DNA of 64,000 nucleotides from Eledone cirrhosa (Eukaryota). Location: the NCBI GenBank assembly GCA_964016885.1, contig OZ024743.1, positions 204,414,001-204,478,000 on the forward strand, in the 5' to 3' direction. Shown here piece after piece: positions 12,381-25,275 of this stretch (position 1 is the first letter of the stretch; each line of letters opens with the position of its first letter). The position numbers and the translations under genes are program-made. The notes under the pieces were generated by a model that was not told the origin of the DNA, ran no database searches, and saw only the letters and a list, made by a program, of their open reading frames with translations.

Positions 12381-13060
12381 TAGAAGCCACCCCACTCGCT
12401 TTCAGTGAGGAAAACATTTCTCGGTTTTTTCATGTGCTATCAACTAATCTAACCTCCAAGATTCTGGCAATCGACATTTCGAAGAATGGAAGGAGTTGGG
12501 TATCACCCACACCACGGAGTTTTCCTCACGACTTTTTTTTTTTTTTTTTGTTATCAACGAGTAGGACATCCAAACCAATCGGAAACGAGATATGTAGAAA
12601 ACGTAAGGTGAAAGGGTGCGAAAAGACCATGCAGTTGCGCAGATCTACGCACCTATCACGTTTGGTGGAAAATAATTTTCTTTATTTTATTTTGTTTTTT
12701 CTAGACCTCTTCGATGCTTAGAATCGGCTTTTTTTCCCCAGATAACAGAAACCATAAACCTAACTCTAAACGTAACTCTAACCATAAAACGATGTATATA
12801 TCTGCGAAACTCCGATGGTCTTTTCACTCCCCCTTTTTCTACATATCTAGTCGTTTCCAACTGGTTTGGGGATCATGTGTGTTGATAACACGCGACAAAA
12901 AAAATCCGTAAAGAAAACTGCTAGGGAAAGTATCCCACCCTCTCCTTCTCCAAGAAAAAAAAGTTGATTGCCAGAATCTTGGAGGTTAGATTAGTTGATA
13001 ACACACGAAAAAAAAAGCGAGAAAACATTTTTTTCCACTAAAATCGAGTGGGATGTTCTA
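12381..13060. mobile_element. MITE-like element with ~95-bp imperfect TIRs and TA flanks
   Basis: 12381-12474 is inversely complementary to 12963-13060 (core tatcaactaatctaacctccaagattctggcaatc); TA on both sides. Confidence 0.7.
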
Positions 13061-13167
13061 TAATAATACCAAAAATATACTAACGTCTAAGATATTTGGT
13101 CACGTAAAAACTGCATCCTTTAACACTTTAAAAGTTTTTGTGATTATATATATATATATATGTATAT

Positions 13168-15808
13168 AATGAAAAATTTGAACAGGGACAGAACAGAGAG
13201 GCAGTACAATAAATGTTTATTAAATTCACGCTCAGGAGAGTGGGGGGTAGGTGGGGGACGACGTTTCGGGCATAAGCCCTTCCTCAGGTGAGAAGTGTGT
13301 GGGAACAGAGTTCAAAAGGTGTGTAGGGGAGTGGTGGAGAGACATATAGCGAAAGGAAACGGTGCGAATGAAAAATTAACAAATAAAGATAAAAAATATA
13401 AAAAATAAAAATAAAGCATGATCAAAATACAAGGAATGAGAAAATTTAAAAATAAAGGCATGATCAAAATAAACTGAAATTAAAAGGGGGGTAAACAGGT
13501 GGTGGAAGGGTGTGGGTGAGTAGGGGTGGTGGCGGGTGGAGTGGGGTGAGGGAGACGGGGTGTCCGAGCGGGGAGGGCTGAAGGTGGTGTGTGTGTGTAG
13601 TTGTGCGTGTGTGTGTGTGTGTGTGTGTGTATGTGAAAGTGAGGGTTGGGGGAAGAACGGGGTTGCATGTTCATGAAGAGGTGTGTGTGGGGGGGTGTTT
13701 TTGTGGGTCGGAGTGTCTGTGCGTGTGTGGATAGGGGGGTGCGGGGGAGAGGAATCAGGAGACTGAGGGTGTAAATATGTGGTGGGAAGCACGTGTGTGT
13801 GGGGTTTAAGCGTGTTGTGGGTGTGGGTGGCGTGTGGAGAAAACATTTTTTGGGGGGTGTGTGTGTGGGTGAATTATATAGGTGATGACGTAAGAGGATG
13901 GTTGAAAAGTTGGTAAGTTCCAAGGATGTTTGGAGATTTGGTTATAAGTCAATTTCTGCGTGTGGGTAATCCATGAAGCGGTGGTCGGAAGAGGAGAGAT
14001 GTGGGGTGCGCGCGCAACAGGAAGAGGTCAGCAGTGGGATTGCTGTGGTCTGTTGGTGCTGGGAGGTGGTCAGAAGGGCATAGCAGCAGTCGGTGGAATG
14101 GTAGGGGGGCGAAGATGGGTAGGTGTGAGAGTTGGAGTGAGGAGGGTGTTTGTGTGTGTGTCTGTGTATTAGTAGGGGTGTTAGTGGGATGAGTGAGTGT
14201 GGAGCGGGGGGTGGGTGGAGCGGGGAGAGAAGGGTGTGTGTGGTTCTATGGAGGGAGTGTGGTGTACTGGTGTGTGTGTAGTTTGGTGAAGAGGTGTTAG
14301 TGGGTGTTAGTATACGGGAGGTGGGGAGGGGTGGAATGCAGGTGTGAGTGGGGTTTAGTGGTGGTAGGGTGTGTAGAGTTGGTGGTGTACGAGGGTGTGT
14401 GGGTACGTGTGCGTGGGGTTGGGGGTGTTAGTGATGTTAGTTGCGTGTGGGGTGGGTGGTGTAAGTGGGTGCGTGTGTGCGTGTGATAAGGAGGGGGGGA
14501 GGAGAAGAGGGGAGGGAAGGGATGTTAGTATGTTAGTTGGGGAAGGGTGGTCAGATGAGGGGTGGAGTGGAGGTGTTAGTATTGTTAGTGTGGGGTGGGC
14601 GGTGAAAAGGAGGGGTGTGTTAGTGGTGTTAGTGGGGGATAAGTGTGGGGGGAGGGGGGCGCTCGAACGCTAAAGGAATAAGGGTGGGGAGTTCAGGCCG
14701 GGGGGAGTGTGGGTCTGTAAGATGAAGATAGTTCGTTGTTCGACCGTAAGGCGATGGGCGGGTGTTCCGTGGCACTGGAGTAGGCCACAGACTGTGAGAT
14801 GGCGTGCGGAGTGTCCAGGGCCACCAAAGTGGCGGGCGATTGGGGAACTGCCCCCGAGACGAATATCCCGGAGGTGCTCCGTGACTCGGTCCGCCAGGCG
14901 ACGTCCCGTCTGTCCGACTAGGTTGGAGGAGGTGCAGCGGAAGGCATGCCGGACCGAGAGAGAGTGGCCGTTGGGACCCTGGAAGGTGGTGGTGTTGGTG
15001 ATGTGGGGACAGGTGTTGCAGCGGGGCCTAGAACAGGGGAAGGAACCGGGGGGGGAACAGAGCGTGGGTTGGGGGGTAGGGAGCTGTGGACGAGGAGGGT
15101 GCGGAGATTGCGTGCGCGTTTGAAGGAGGGGAGTGGTGGGGTTGGGAAGATGTGGGAGGTGGAGGGGTCGGACTGGAGGCGTCGGAAGAGGCGGTGGAGG
15201 GGTAAGGTGGAGGGGTGGTAGGTGATGGGGAAGGGGAGACGGTGGGTGGGTGTGCGGTGGCGTGGGGTGAGGGTGGTGGAGCGGGGGATAGCACGGGCGC
15301 GGGTGAGAGCGGTGTAGACGAGAGGGGGGGGGGAACCTCTGCGGATGAAATGGCTGACTAGGGAAAGGGCCTGGGACTCGAAGTCAGCATCACGGCTACA
15401 GAGGCGGCGGATCCTGAGAAGTTGGGAGTAGGGAATGGAGAGTTTAGTGTGGGTGGGGTGGGAAGAGGTGAAGTCGAGGTAAGAGTGGGAGTCGGTGGGT
15501 TTGAAGAAGGCGGAGGTGACGAGGGAGTGGTGGGAGGGGTCGAAGGCGACGGAGATGTCTAAGAAGTGGACGTGGGTGGTGGAGATAGAGGTGGTGAAGT
15601 GGAGGGAGGGGTGGAAGGAGCAGAAGAAGGAGAGAAAGGAGTCGAGCTGTTCTCGGGTGAGGGTCGTGGCTCCGATACAGTCGTCAATGTAACGACCGTA
15701 CAGTTCGGGCGTGGGGCCGGTGTACTGGGCAAAGATTTGGGCCTCAACATGGCCAACAAAAAGGTTGGCATAGTTCGGGCCCATTCTTGTGCCCATGGCT
15801 ACCCATCG
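13168..15808 (-). mobile_element. 5'-truncated Neptune-type PLE with long C/A-rich 3' region
   Basis: MGTRMGPNYANLFVG, RYIDD, HFLDI, FKPTDSHSYL; frameshifted GIY-YIG remnants ~14670-15030 (GQTGRRLADRVTEHLRDI); HHR and AATAAA near the 3' end next to (TA)n. Confidence 0.85.
13258..13289 (-). ncRNA. Minimal hammerhead ribozyme (dimer-type)
   Basis: AC-CUGAGGA-A-GGGC UUAU GCCC-GAAA-CG-UC-GU; palindromic ACGU stem III. Confidence 0.7.
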
Positions 15809-15944
15809 CACGCTGGTATCATTTCTTGTTTTGTTTCTCTCCCCCTATCTCCCTCACTCTCTTTCTTCCGTTCTCTTACCCTCTCATCGCTTCCCCCTCT
15901 TTCGTTCCCTCTCTATCATCCCTTTTTCTTTTTCTCTCTCTCTT

Positions 15945-15987
<43 letters not shown>

Positions 15988-16139
15988 CCTCGCCTCTTTC
16001 TTTTTCTCTCTCTCTCATCCCCTCTCGCTCTTTCTTAACCCCCAACCCTTCTCTCTCTCTCTCCAGAATGGAGAACAAAAACAAAATGGATATCTTTCGA
16101 TTCGGACGCTGGTTTGCACACACGCACACAAAAGATTTG

Positions 16140-16498
16140 AACTTCCATAATCCTTTTGAGAAATGTGGACCCGCTACATCTATGCAAGGGCACAGACTTT
16201 ACAGCCAGGAGGATGAGGAACCACCTCCTAGAGGTCACTATTCTTGGAAGCAAACATCAAAGAGAAAATTCATTTATTCCCAAGATTCCTCATATCCATT
16301 CATCTACCGAGCTGCCATTCAAATTCTCAAGACTTCAGTTCACTGTTTAAAGCCAGTTTTGCTATGACGGTACATAAAGCTCAGACTCAGAGTTTCAAAG
16401 TTGTAGAATTGAATAAAAGAGAATCGCTTTTTACGCATAGACAGTTGTATGTAGGTTGTTCACGAGTTACCCGGGTGTAGCAGGCTACGTCGGCTAGT
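16140..16498 (+). mobile_element. Helitron 3' end with degenerate Pif1-helicase C-terminus
   Basis: LCKGT, FIPKIP...ELPFKFSRLQF, FAMTVHKAQTQS, QLYVGCSRV; hairpin gtagc-ag-gctac then CTAG|T. Confidence 0.75.
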
Positions 16499-16928
16499 CA
16501 TAAAATAAATGAAAAGAAATGTCACCTTACCGACAAATATGTTGAGCAGTAGAAATCTCTTCATTTTTATCGTCTTCGTTTTTCAAGAGTTGTAGCTAAC
16601 AGAAACTTACCGCGGGTGTTGCATGTAGGTACTAATTATTAAAGTATGCAACCGGATATTTTTAAAATTGCTATATGTTTTTTTAAAATCTGATTGGCTA
16701 ACATTGATTTATAGCAGCCTCTTTCCTCAAATGAAATAAGCCCACCCAGATTTTCGCAAGTGCAGATTTCACGACTTGCTTCCTTGTGGTTTTAACCTGT
16801 TTGTAAAGCGGCTTGATAGTACGAATTTCTATGTATATGTATGTGAGTGAGTGTGTGTGCATGGGCGTGTTCGTTATATGAGTTATATACAAACGTTATG
16901 TAAGTTACCTACACATCTTCACCAATTA

Positions 16929-16991
<63 letters not shown>

Positions 16992-17009
16992 TTATATATA
17001 TATATATAC

Positions 17010-17157
17010 GATATTAATAAATGGAAACTATATTTATAAAACCCTATTTATTTCATTATACATATTTCAGGGATACCTGAATTTAATTTGGTATCCCTGA
17101 AATATGTATAATGAAATAAATATGGTTTTATAAATATAGTTTCCATTTATTAATATC
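17010..17157. repeat. Fold-back inverted repeat, 68-bp arms, 12-nt loop
   Basis: 17010-17077 is complementary to 17090-17157 with one mismatch. Confidence 0.9.
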
Positions 17158-17205
17158 ATATATCTACTCCAAATACTTGTCGAGTGCTTTATATCAGTTA
17201 TAAAA

Positions 17206-17246
17206 ATATTTACTTGTTGTATCCCAACAATTTTAAATAGAACTTT

Positions 17247-17282
<36 letters not shown>

Positions 17283-17323
17283 AAAGTTCTATTTAAAATT
17301 GTTGGGATAGAACAAGTAAATAT
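17206..17323. repeat. Inverted repeat centred on a (TA)n tract
   Basis: atatttacttgtt..tatcccaacaattttaaatagaacttttgc / gcaaaagttctatttaaaattgttgggata..aacaagtaaatat. Confidence 0.9.
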
Positions 17324-17389
17324 ATAACATTCTTGCATAGTGACCAGCGAAACTGTACAGTCAGGACGATAGAAAAAAATAGGTATATA

Positions 17390-17579
17390 GGGCGGTGGAT
17401 TGGCAGTATCGGTAGAGGGTCGGACGCCATGCTTTCCAGCATAGTTACGTCCCTTTACCATCTGAGTTCAAATCCCGCCGAGGTTGACTTTGCCTTTCAT
17501 CCTTACGGGGTCGATAAAATAAAGTACCAGTAATGCACTGGTAATTGCTGGCCTTGTGCCTAAAGTAGAAACAATTATT
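17390..17579 (+). mobile_element. tRNA-derived SINE with Nin/Deu-like central domain
   Basis: A box tggcagtatcgg, B box gagttcaaatccc, core gcctttcatcct..ggggtcgataaa..agtaccag, tail agaaacaattatt; several copies in the window. Confidence 0.85.
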
Positions 17580-18040
17580 CCTTTTTATAATATTTTACAT
17601 AACTCTGATATTGTGTCAATTTAATTATTTCGATTATTTTGTCTCTCATAATCATAGAGTAACACTGGTTAAGTTCGACAACATACAATCTCACATACTT
17701 GTGAAAAATGTATGTTTATATATACATGTATATGTATGTATACACATATATTTGTATACCTCTCATTATTGTCTCTAACTCCCTCACGGTAGAGTAACCA
17801 CGGAAGTATAGTGACTGCTTTCAAGCAAACACTATATACACTTCTAGTCAACCTTACCACCCCTCTGTAGCCTATGTATCATATCAATATCTCCCTCCGC
17901 CTTCTGAAATATTTTCACTGCTACAAGGGATTAATACCCTTTCTTGACCGGTGTATCACGTGATAGAGTCTCCCTCCGCCTTTCTGAGATTTTCTCGCAT
18001 GCTACGGACGTATGTAGTTAGGGCTCTTCCCTGAGGTGCT

Positions 18041-18130
18041 CCCTTGATAAGCTGGCTTACCTCACAACAATGTTGTATATCTATGATATAACATTCTTGC
18101 ATAGTGACCAGCGAAACTGTACAGTAGGTA
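18041..18130 (+). ncRNA. Type I hammerhead ribozyme, U3-A8 core
   Basis: CC-UUGAUAA-GCUGG...CCAGC-GAAA-CUGUACAG-UA-GG; palindromic stem III; short stem I. Confidence 0.65.
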
Positions 18131-18156
18131 TATTGTATCTATTATTCCTTTTTATA

Positions 18157-18207
<51 letters not shown>

Positions 18208-18305
18208 CGTCCCGTCACGCACAAGGCGCCAAGGTACGCATGTATTGTCCAACCAAGTGCCAGTGTGGTTCAATGGCGGGTTAATAAATTAACGAGCCAG
18301 AACAA

Positions 18306-18952
18306 ATATAAACAAGGTTTAGTAAATAATGAAAAAGTTTCAAAATAAATTTTAAAAAATTGACTTTACCTACTATAGTTACCTTTACCGATCGGTTTCG
18401 AATCCCAAAAATAAAACGGAGGCCATACGGCCTTCGTTGCAAAGAGAGATTCTCGTCAGAAGGTTCTTTTCATTCAAAGAATATAAAATTCCTGAATTTA
18501 AATCACAAACTAACGCTATCAAAGACTGTTCCTGGGATGAGAGTGGATGATGTAGAACAGGTTTGTGACGGGAAGTATTTCATATTACTACTACCTCCAC
18601 AAACGTTGAGAACAAACAGGGTCATTCCGACTGCTGCTGATAACAGCGGTGGCTAGTTTGACCTACCTCCTTTTGCCTCTATCTTTACTACGGCCCTTGA
18701 TAAACCTGTTCTACATCATCCACTCTCATCCCAGGAACAGTCTTTGATAGCGCTAGTTTGTGATTTAAATTCAGGAATTTTATATTCTTTGAATGAAAAG
18801 AACCTTCTGACGAGAATCTCTCTTTGCATCGAAGGCCGTATGGCCTCCGTTTTATTTTTGGGATTCGAAACCGATCGGTAAAGGTAACTATAGTAGGTAA
18901 AGTCAATTTTTTAAAATTTATTTTGAAACTTTTTCATTATTTACTAAACCTT

Positions 18953-18960
<8 letters not shown>
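18306..18960. repeat. 259-bp inverted repeat with 137-bp spacer
   Basis: 18306-18564 vs 18702-18960, near identical (mirror ORFs 18360+ and 18906-). Confidence 0.92.
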
Positions 18961-18989
<29 letters not shown>

Positions 18990-19907
18990 TATAAAAGGAA
19001 TAACACGCACTAACACGCAACCACAACCCCACCAAACTATCCAGGATTCTACTGCAAAACATAAAAATAGTTGTAACTGCACCAAACCAGGTACGTGCCC
19101 ACTGAATAACCAGTGCCTAGCACGCAATATTGTCTACCGGTGTACAATAAATTCCGGGACCAACAAATGGTATTACGTCGGATGTACCGCAACTTCTTTC
19201 AAGGCTCGCCTATACCAACATCGATCTTCGATCAGGCACCAGAAAATGCGCTCCGTAACAACCCTCGCCGATAAAGCCTGGCAGCTTCGGAGGAACAATC
19301 AAGCGTTCTCCCTTGATTGGCAAATTATTGCAGCTGCGCCTGCATATCAGCAAAATCACCGATTCTGCAAGTTATGCAATTTAGAGATATACTGCATTTT
19401 AACGTCGGTAAACAAACTTTTGAACAGCAAAATTGAACGTTCTCTATACTGTAACCATCGTTTGAAAACGACTTTTTCTTTTTTTAAATGCATATAATGT
19501 TACCTTTTTACACCAACGTTTGCAAATTTCTGTCTTATATGTTTATAAACAAGATATGGCTTTCTATAATAATAGTACTAAACACTGTTTTTCTGGACCC
19601 CTTTAGAAATAACCTGCTACTATAATAGCCCTAATAACTTGTCTGTGACACTGTACCACTTTGACCCCTTTAACTAAATTTTGTCCGAACAACACCACTA
19701 GAAGAATCTACTTCCCAGCCAACCTTAGCACGCCTCATTAAGCTAACTGCTGCAAAAACATTCTCTCTTCACAATCTCTACTAGTCTGACAGTCTTATAT
19801 CCTAAGACTCCCTCCACCTTACTCACTTCCCTCTTCCCCTTCTCTTCCTACCTCCTTCTTTATCTTTTATCTAGTGTATAAAATATTTTCATATCATTCT
19901 AATACAA

Positions 19908-20024
19908 AGGTCTGATGACATGGTGTGTTGGCTTACAGTGTACCTTCGGTTTATGATAATATTTGTGTATTATTCAAATAGCGAGGTATAGGTAACTCAA
20001 TCACTATAGAAACAATTGTTACCT
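19908..20024 (+). ncRNA. Type I hammerhead ribozyme with ~90-nt stem II arm
   Basis: AGGU-CUGAUGA-(AUGGUG...CACUAU)-GAAA-CAAUUG-UU-ACCU-AAUAAA. Confidence 0.78.
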
Positions 20025-20231
20025 AATAAATTCTATATACCCGCATTTCCATTTCGTAAATTTTTTCTCCATATTTTCTCCGGATTTTAAAACACACTTT
20101 ATTATACGTTGAGCAATCTCTGACGTCAGTTGACTCCATCCAATGCAACTACTTAGTAACATTGGAATACAAATTAACTAATTCTTCACACTCCTTTACA
20201 GTTGAGCAACCTATCAACCCGCGTCTTTGAA

Positions 20232-22514
20232 ATGGAAAAACATCATTGTGGTATGTCCTTAAAAAACATATCCATTCTGGGTAAAAAGGATTACATTCTT
20301 GGTATGATACAAAGGACCAAAGAATTTATTCGGCGGATTAGATGGAAGGCCTTCCACTTCGATAGGAAAAGGATTACACAAACTTCGGACACCAACAACG
20401 AGAAGTTTGGTTTCAAATCCTACAAAAACCCACCCTCTAACCCTCTTTTGGATTCTTTCGAACAGGACTTAATGAAAATGATAACCGGAATCAAATTTAC
20501 AAACGGAAGGAAAAACGAACTGCAACGAGATATTAAAACTCTACTCAACAACCTAAGGAATACCAAAGGAATTATCATAAAGGCAGACAAAACTTCGAAT
20601 CTATACACCCTGGATGTAGAAACTTATAACAATTTTATACGTAAGGAATTACATAGGAAGTACAAAAAAACAAACGCAACTACACTAACCAACATTAATA
20701 ACGCAGCATGTGATATTGTTAGGAAACTGAAAATTGACGACAGAACGGTACCCCTATCCCCAGCTACACCGACTTTTAATCTGAAGGACCATAAGGATAA
20801 CTTCGATACTAACCCTAAAATTAGATTAATATGTCCTTCAAAGTCCGATATAGGTAGAATTAGTAAGTACATATTAGATCGTATTATCCCCCAAGTTAAG
20901 GCTAAGGTAGATATTAAATTATGGGGTAATACTCATCAGGCAATAAGATGGTTCAATAACATTAGGGACAAAAACAAATCTTCTTTTATTCAATTCGATA
21001 TAGATGAATACTATTCCTCTATTTCACCCGAAACCCTGCATAAGGCCCTCTCTTTCGCTAAGACTAACTCGGACCTCACAAACGAGGAAATTAATATTAT
21101 ACTTGAAGCTAGACGCACAGTAGTGCACTTTGAAAATAGTTATTGGGTCCGCAGGGATAGACCCTCGGAATTCGACATTACGATGGGTTCTAATGATTCG
21201 GCGGAGGTCACGGATTTGGTTGGGATCTATATAGCCCATAGACTCCAGAGCGAATTTACGGACCTCCACGGCGGAATATACCGCGACGATACACTTCTAT
21301 TAGTCAAGAATATGAACAAACAAAACCTAGAAAGGCGACGTAAAAACATTAGGAAACTTTTCTTAGAACTAGGGCTTAATATTACCTTCGAACACAATCT
21401 TAAGGTGGTCAACTTCTTGGATGTCACCTTCAACCTTAATAACGGTAATATAGAGCCATTTCACAAACTTAATGAAAATCTTAAGTACGTTAATGTAAAA
21501 TCGAACCATCCTCATTCCATTATTAAATCTATCCCTAAAAATATATCCATAAGGATCTCCCGACTGTCGTCTAATTTGCAGACCTTCAACGAGCATGCTG
21601 AATATTATAATGACGCACTTAGAAAAGCTGGTTACTGCGAGAAAATTGAATATCTAGACGATAACCACTTAAGTACTATGAATAAAACACATCTAAGTCG
21701 AACTAGTATTGCACCACACACACACATCAATAGGCATACTAACAGGTGCAAACCAGCAAATAGAGTCAGACGTAGAGAGTACATATGGTATAACCCCGTG
21801 TACAATTCTTCTATTAGCACTAAGATTATCTCACAATTCTATACACTAATCAATAAACACTTTACAACTTCACATAAATACTATAAAATCTTTAACTCGC
21901 GCACCATTAGACTCTCATACTCCACTGCACCTAACATAGAACAACTAATTAGAAAACTTAACTCAGCAATACTGAATAAGTACATCCCTAATGACTCAGC
22001 GCACCAGCATAGCAACATACAACGCACTAACACGCAACCACAACCCCACCAAACTATCCAGGATTCTACTGCAAAACATAAAAATAGTTGTAACTGCACC
22101 AAACCAGGTACGTGCCCACCGAATAACCAGTGCCTAGCACGCAATATTGTCTACCGGTGTACAATAAATTCCGGGACCAACAAATGGTATTACGTCGGAT
22201 GTACCGCAACTTCTTTCAAGGCTCGCCTATACCAACATCGATCTTCGATCAGGCACCAGAAAATGCGCTCCGTAACAACCCTCGCCGATAAAGCCTGGAA
22301 GCTTCGGAGGAACAATCAAGCGTTCTCCCTTGATTGGCAAATTATTGCAGCTGCGCCTGCATATCAGCAAAATCATCGATTCTGCAAGTTATGCAATTTA
22401 GAGATATACTGCATTTTAACGTCGGTAAACAAACTTTTGAACAGCAAAATTGAACGTTCTCTATACTGTAACTATCGTTTGAAAACGACTTTTTCTTTTT
22501 TTAAATGCATATAA
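20232..22514 (+). CDS. Intact PLE protein: reverse transcriptase + C-terminal GIY-YIG endonuclease (760 aa from first ATG)
   Basis: IKADKT, FDIDEYY, DITMGS.DSAEVTDLVG, IYRDD, NFLDV, SNHP, WYNP, CNC..C..C, NIVYRC..YYVG, FKARLYQH, CKLC; no stops. Confidence 0.92.
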   Translation: MEKHHCGMSLKNISILGKKDYILGMIQRTKEFIRRIRWKAFHFDRKRITQTSDTNNEKFGFKSYKNPPSNPLLDSFEQDLMKMITGIKFTNGRKNELQRDIKTLLNNLRNTKGIIIKADKTSNLYTLDVETYNNFIRKELHRKYKKTNATTLTNINNAACDIVRKLKIDDRTVPLSPATPTFNLKDHKDNFDTNPKIRLICPSKSDIGRISKYILDRIIPQVKAKVDIKLWGNTHQAIRWFNNIRDKNKSSFIQFDIDEYYSSISPETLHKALSFAKTNSDLTNEEINIILEARRTVVHFENSYWVRRDRPSEFDITMGSNDSAEVTDLVGIYIAHRLQSEFTDLHGGIYRDDTLLLVKNMNKQNLERRRKNIRKLFLELGLNITFEHNLKVVNFLDVTFNLNNGNIEPFHKLNENLKYVNVKSNHPHSIIKSIPKNISIRISRLSSNLQTFNEHAEYYNDALRKAGYCEKIEYLDDNHLSTMNKTHLSRTSIAPHTHINRHTNRCKPANRVRRREYIWYNPVYNSSISTKIISQFYTLINKHFTTSHKYYKIFNSRTIRLSYSTAPNIEQLIRKLNSAILNKYIPNDSAHQHSNIQRTNTQPQPHQTIQDSTAKHKNSCNCTKPGTCPPNNQCLARNIVYRCTINSGTNKWYYVGCTATSFKARLYQHRSSIRHQKMRSVTTLADKAWKLRRNNQAFSLDWQIIAAAPAYQQNHRFCKLCNLEIYCILTSVNKLLNSKIERSLYCNYRLKTTFSFFKCI

Positions 22515-22910
22515 TGTTACCTTTTTACACCAACGTTTGCAAATTTCTGTCTTATATGTTTATACACAAGATATGGCTTTCTATAATAATAGTACTAAAC
22601 ACTGTTTTTCTGGACCCCTTTAGAAATAACCTGCTACTATAATAGCCCTAATAACTTGTCTGTGACACTGTACCACTTTGACCCCTTTAACTAAATTTTG
22701 TCCGAACAACACCACTAGAAGAATCTACTTCCCAGCCAACCTTAGCACGCCTCATTAAGCTAACTGCTGCCAAAACATTCTCTCTTCACCATCTCTACTA
22801 GTCTTATATCCTCCCTCCACCTTACTCACTTCCCTCTTCCCCTTCTCTTCCTACCTCCTTCTTTATCTTTTATCTAGTGTAAAAAATATTTTCATATCAT
22901 TCTAATACAA

Positions 22911-23027
22911 AGGTTTGATGACATGGTGTGTTGGCTTACAGTGTACCTTCGGTTTATGATAATATTTGTGTATTATTCAAATAGCGAGGTATAGGTAACT
23001 CATACGCTATAGAAACAATTGTTACCT
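22911..23027 (+). ncRNA. Second copy of the same hammerhead, C3->U (U3.G8)
   Basis: AGGU-UUGAUGA...GAAACAAUUGUU-ACCU. Confidence 0.65.
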
Positions 23028-23348
23028 AATAAATTCTATATACCCGCATTTCCATTTCGTAAATTTTTTCTCTCTATATATATATATATATAGATATAGA
23101 TATATATAGATATATATATATCACATAAGAAACGGAGAACCAGTGGTGTGTCGAATTAAAATTTATTAGACATATTACAATCGTTTCTCTGGCGACCGGC
23201 TCGAGGCACGATCGATGCAATGATCGAACCTGACTCTGAAATGATATTATACTCTGCTCTGTAAGAGGATCGAGTGCATATATATATATATATATATGTA
23301 TTATAAAGAAAACGAAAAATCAGTGATGCATCTGGACTTAATTTATTA

Positions 23349-23438
23349 CGTGTTACAATTGTTTCTCCGGCAGGTAGCTCGAGACATGGTCCTTGTATGG
23401 ATCGGCTGATTCTACTTCTGCAGGTTCATTCAGACACG
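23349..23438 (-). ncRNA. Hammerhead variant with one extra core base (CUGAAUGA)
   Basis: CGUGU-CUGAAUGA-...-GAAA-CAAUUG-UA-ACACG then UAAUAAA; a truncated related end lies at 23125-23240. Confidence 0.65.
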
Positions 23439-23513
23439 AGTATTTCGTTAGGAGCAAATTTTATCACTCATATATATATATCACTCATATATATATCACT
23501 CATATATATATCA

Positions 23514-23562
<49 letters not shown>

Positions 23563-23563
23563 T

Positions 23564-23654
<91 letters not shown>

Positions 23655-24220
23655 ATATGTATTAAATATATATATGTATTATATATATATATGTATTATA
23701 TATATGTATATTGAGCACTCTTATTCGATATGTGTTATTCCACATTTTCCCGAATATTTTTTGCGGATATAAAGGTTATCTCCCTTGCTGAAATCCATGT
23801 GCGTATTTTCAGCCTGGGTTTTGTCTTTTCATCCGTTCGGACAAAAGCTCGTTGAAGAAGTAACTCCAGTCCCCCGTTGTCTGTAAGTCTTATATTTTTA
23901 TGTGAGCTGATAGAGGACGGTTTAAGGATTTACAGAAACCCAAGAAACTAGATATACCATATCTCTAGCGGGTCCGGGTATGCTTTTTACATTCATTTCA
24001 TTTATTGATTTATTGATAATTTATCTGAGTGTCCCGAATCTTCCATATCGCAATTTTTCGGTTATTTGGTTGATTGTAGACATATTCTACGTGTGACGGT
24101 ATTTTAACGATAGTTATAGCTCTGATTTATTTGAATTATGGAGCCCTCTGCCGCTCATCTCGAATTTTGTTTATCGTGAACTCGTGCGCCGATTTTTCGA
24201 TACTCGATTATTCTACTATA

Positions 24221-24324
<104 letters not shown>

Positions 24325-24338
24325 TGTATATATATATA

Positions 24339-25097
<759 letters not shown>

Positions 25098-25122
25098 ATA
25101 AATATATGTATATATATATATG

Positions 25123-25210
<88 letters not shown>

Positions 25211-25275
25211 TATATATATATGTATTATATATATATATATGTATGTATTATATATATATGTATTATATATATATG

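Larger units (their letters stand above)
17322..18165 (+). mobile_element. Non-coding terminally redundant HHR-bearing unit (retrozyme-like), interrupted by a SINE
   Basis: tataacattcttgcatagtgaccagcgaaactgtacagt and ttattcctttttataatatttt occur at both ends; period ~570 bp without the SINE; ends in (TA)n. Confidence 0.55.
19005..23072 (+). mobile_element. Full-length Penelope-like element in partial tandem arrangement (probably Nematis-type)
   Basis: 19005-20069 directly repeats 22022-23072 (GIY-YIG end + pseudo-LTR); complete ORF between; (TA)n at the 3' end. Confidence 0.93.

Noticed and set aside
12750-12790. Telomere-like TAACCY repeats
   Set aside because: Short, degenerate and internal to a MITE
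16746-16789. Minus-strand CCA-CAAGGAA-GCAAGU..ACUUGC-GAAA-AUC-UGG hammerhead-like motif
   Set aside because: Core lacks UGA and stem III is absent; at best a decayed relic
17390-17490. tRNA-like A and B boxes
   Set aside because: No cloverleaf; these are SINE heads
18360-18906. Two near-identical convergent ORFs
   Set aside because: TTG starts; by-products of the inverted repeat
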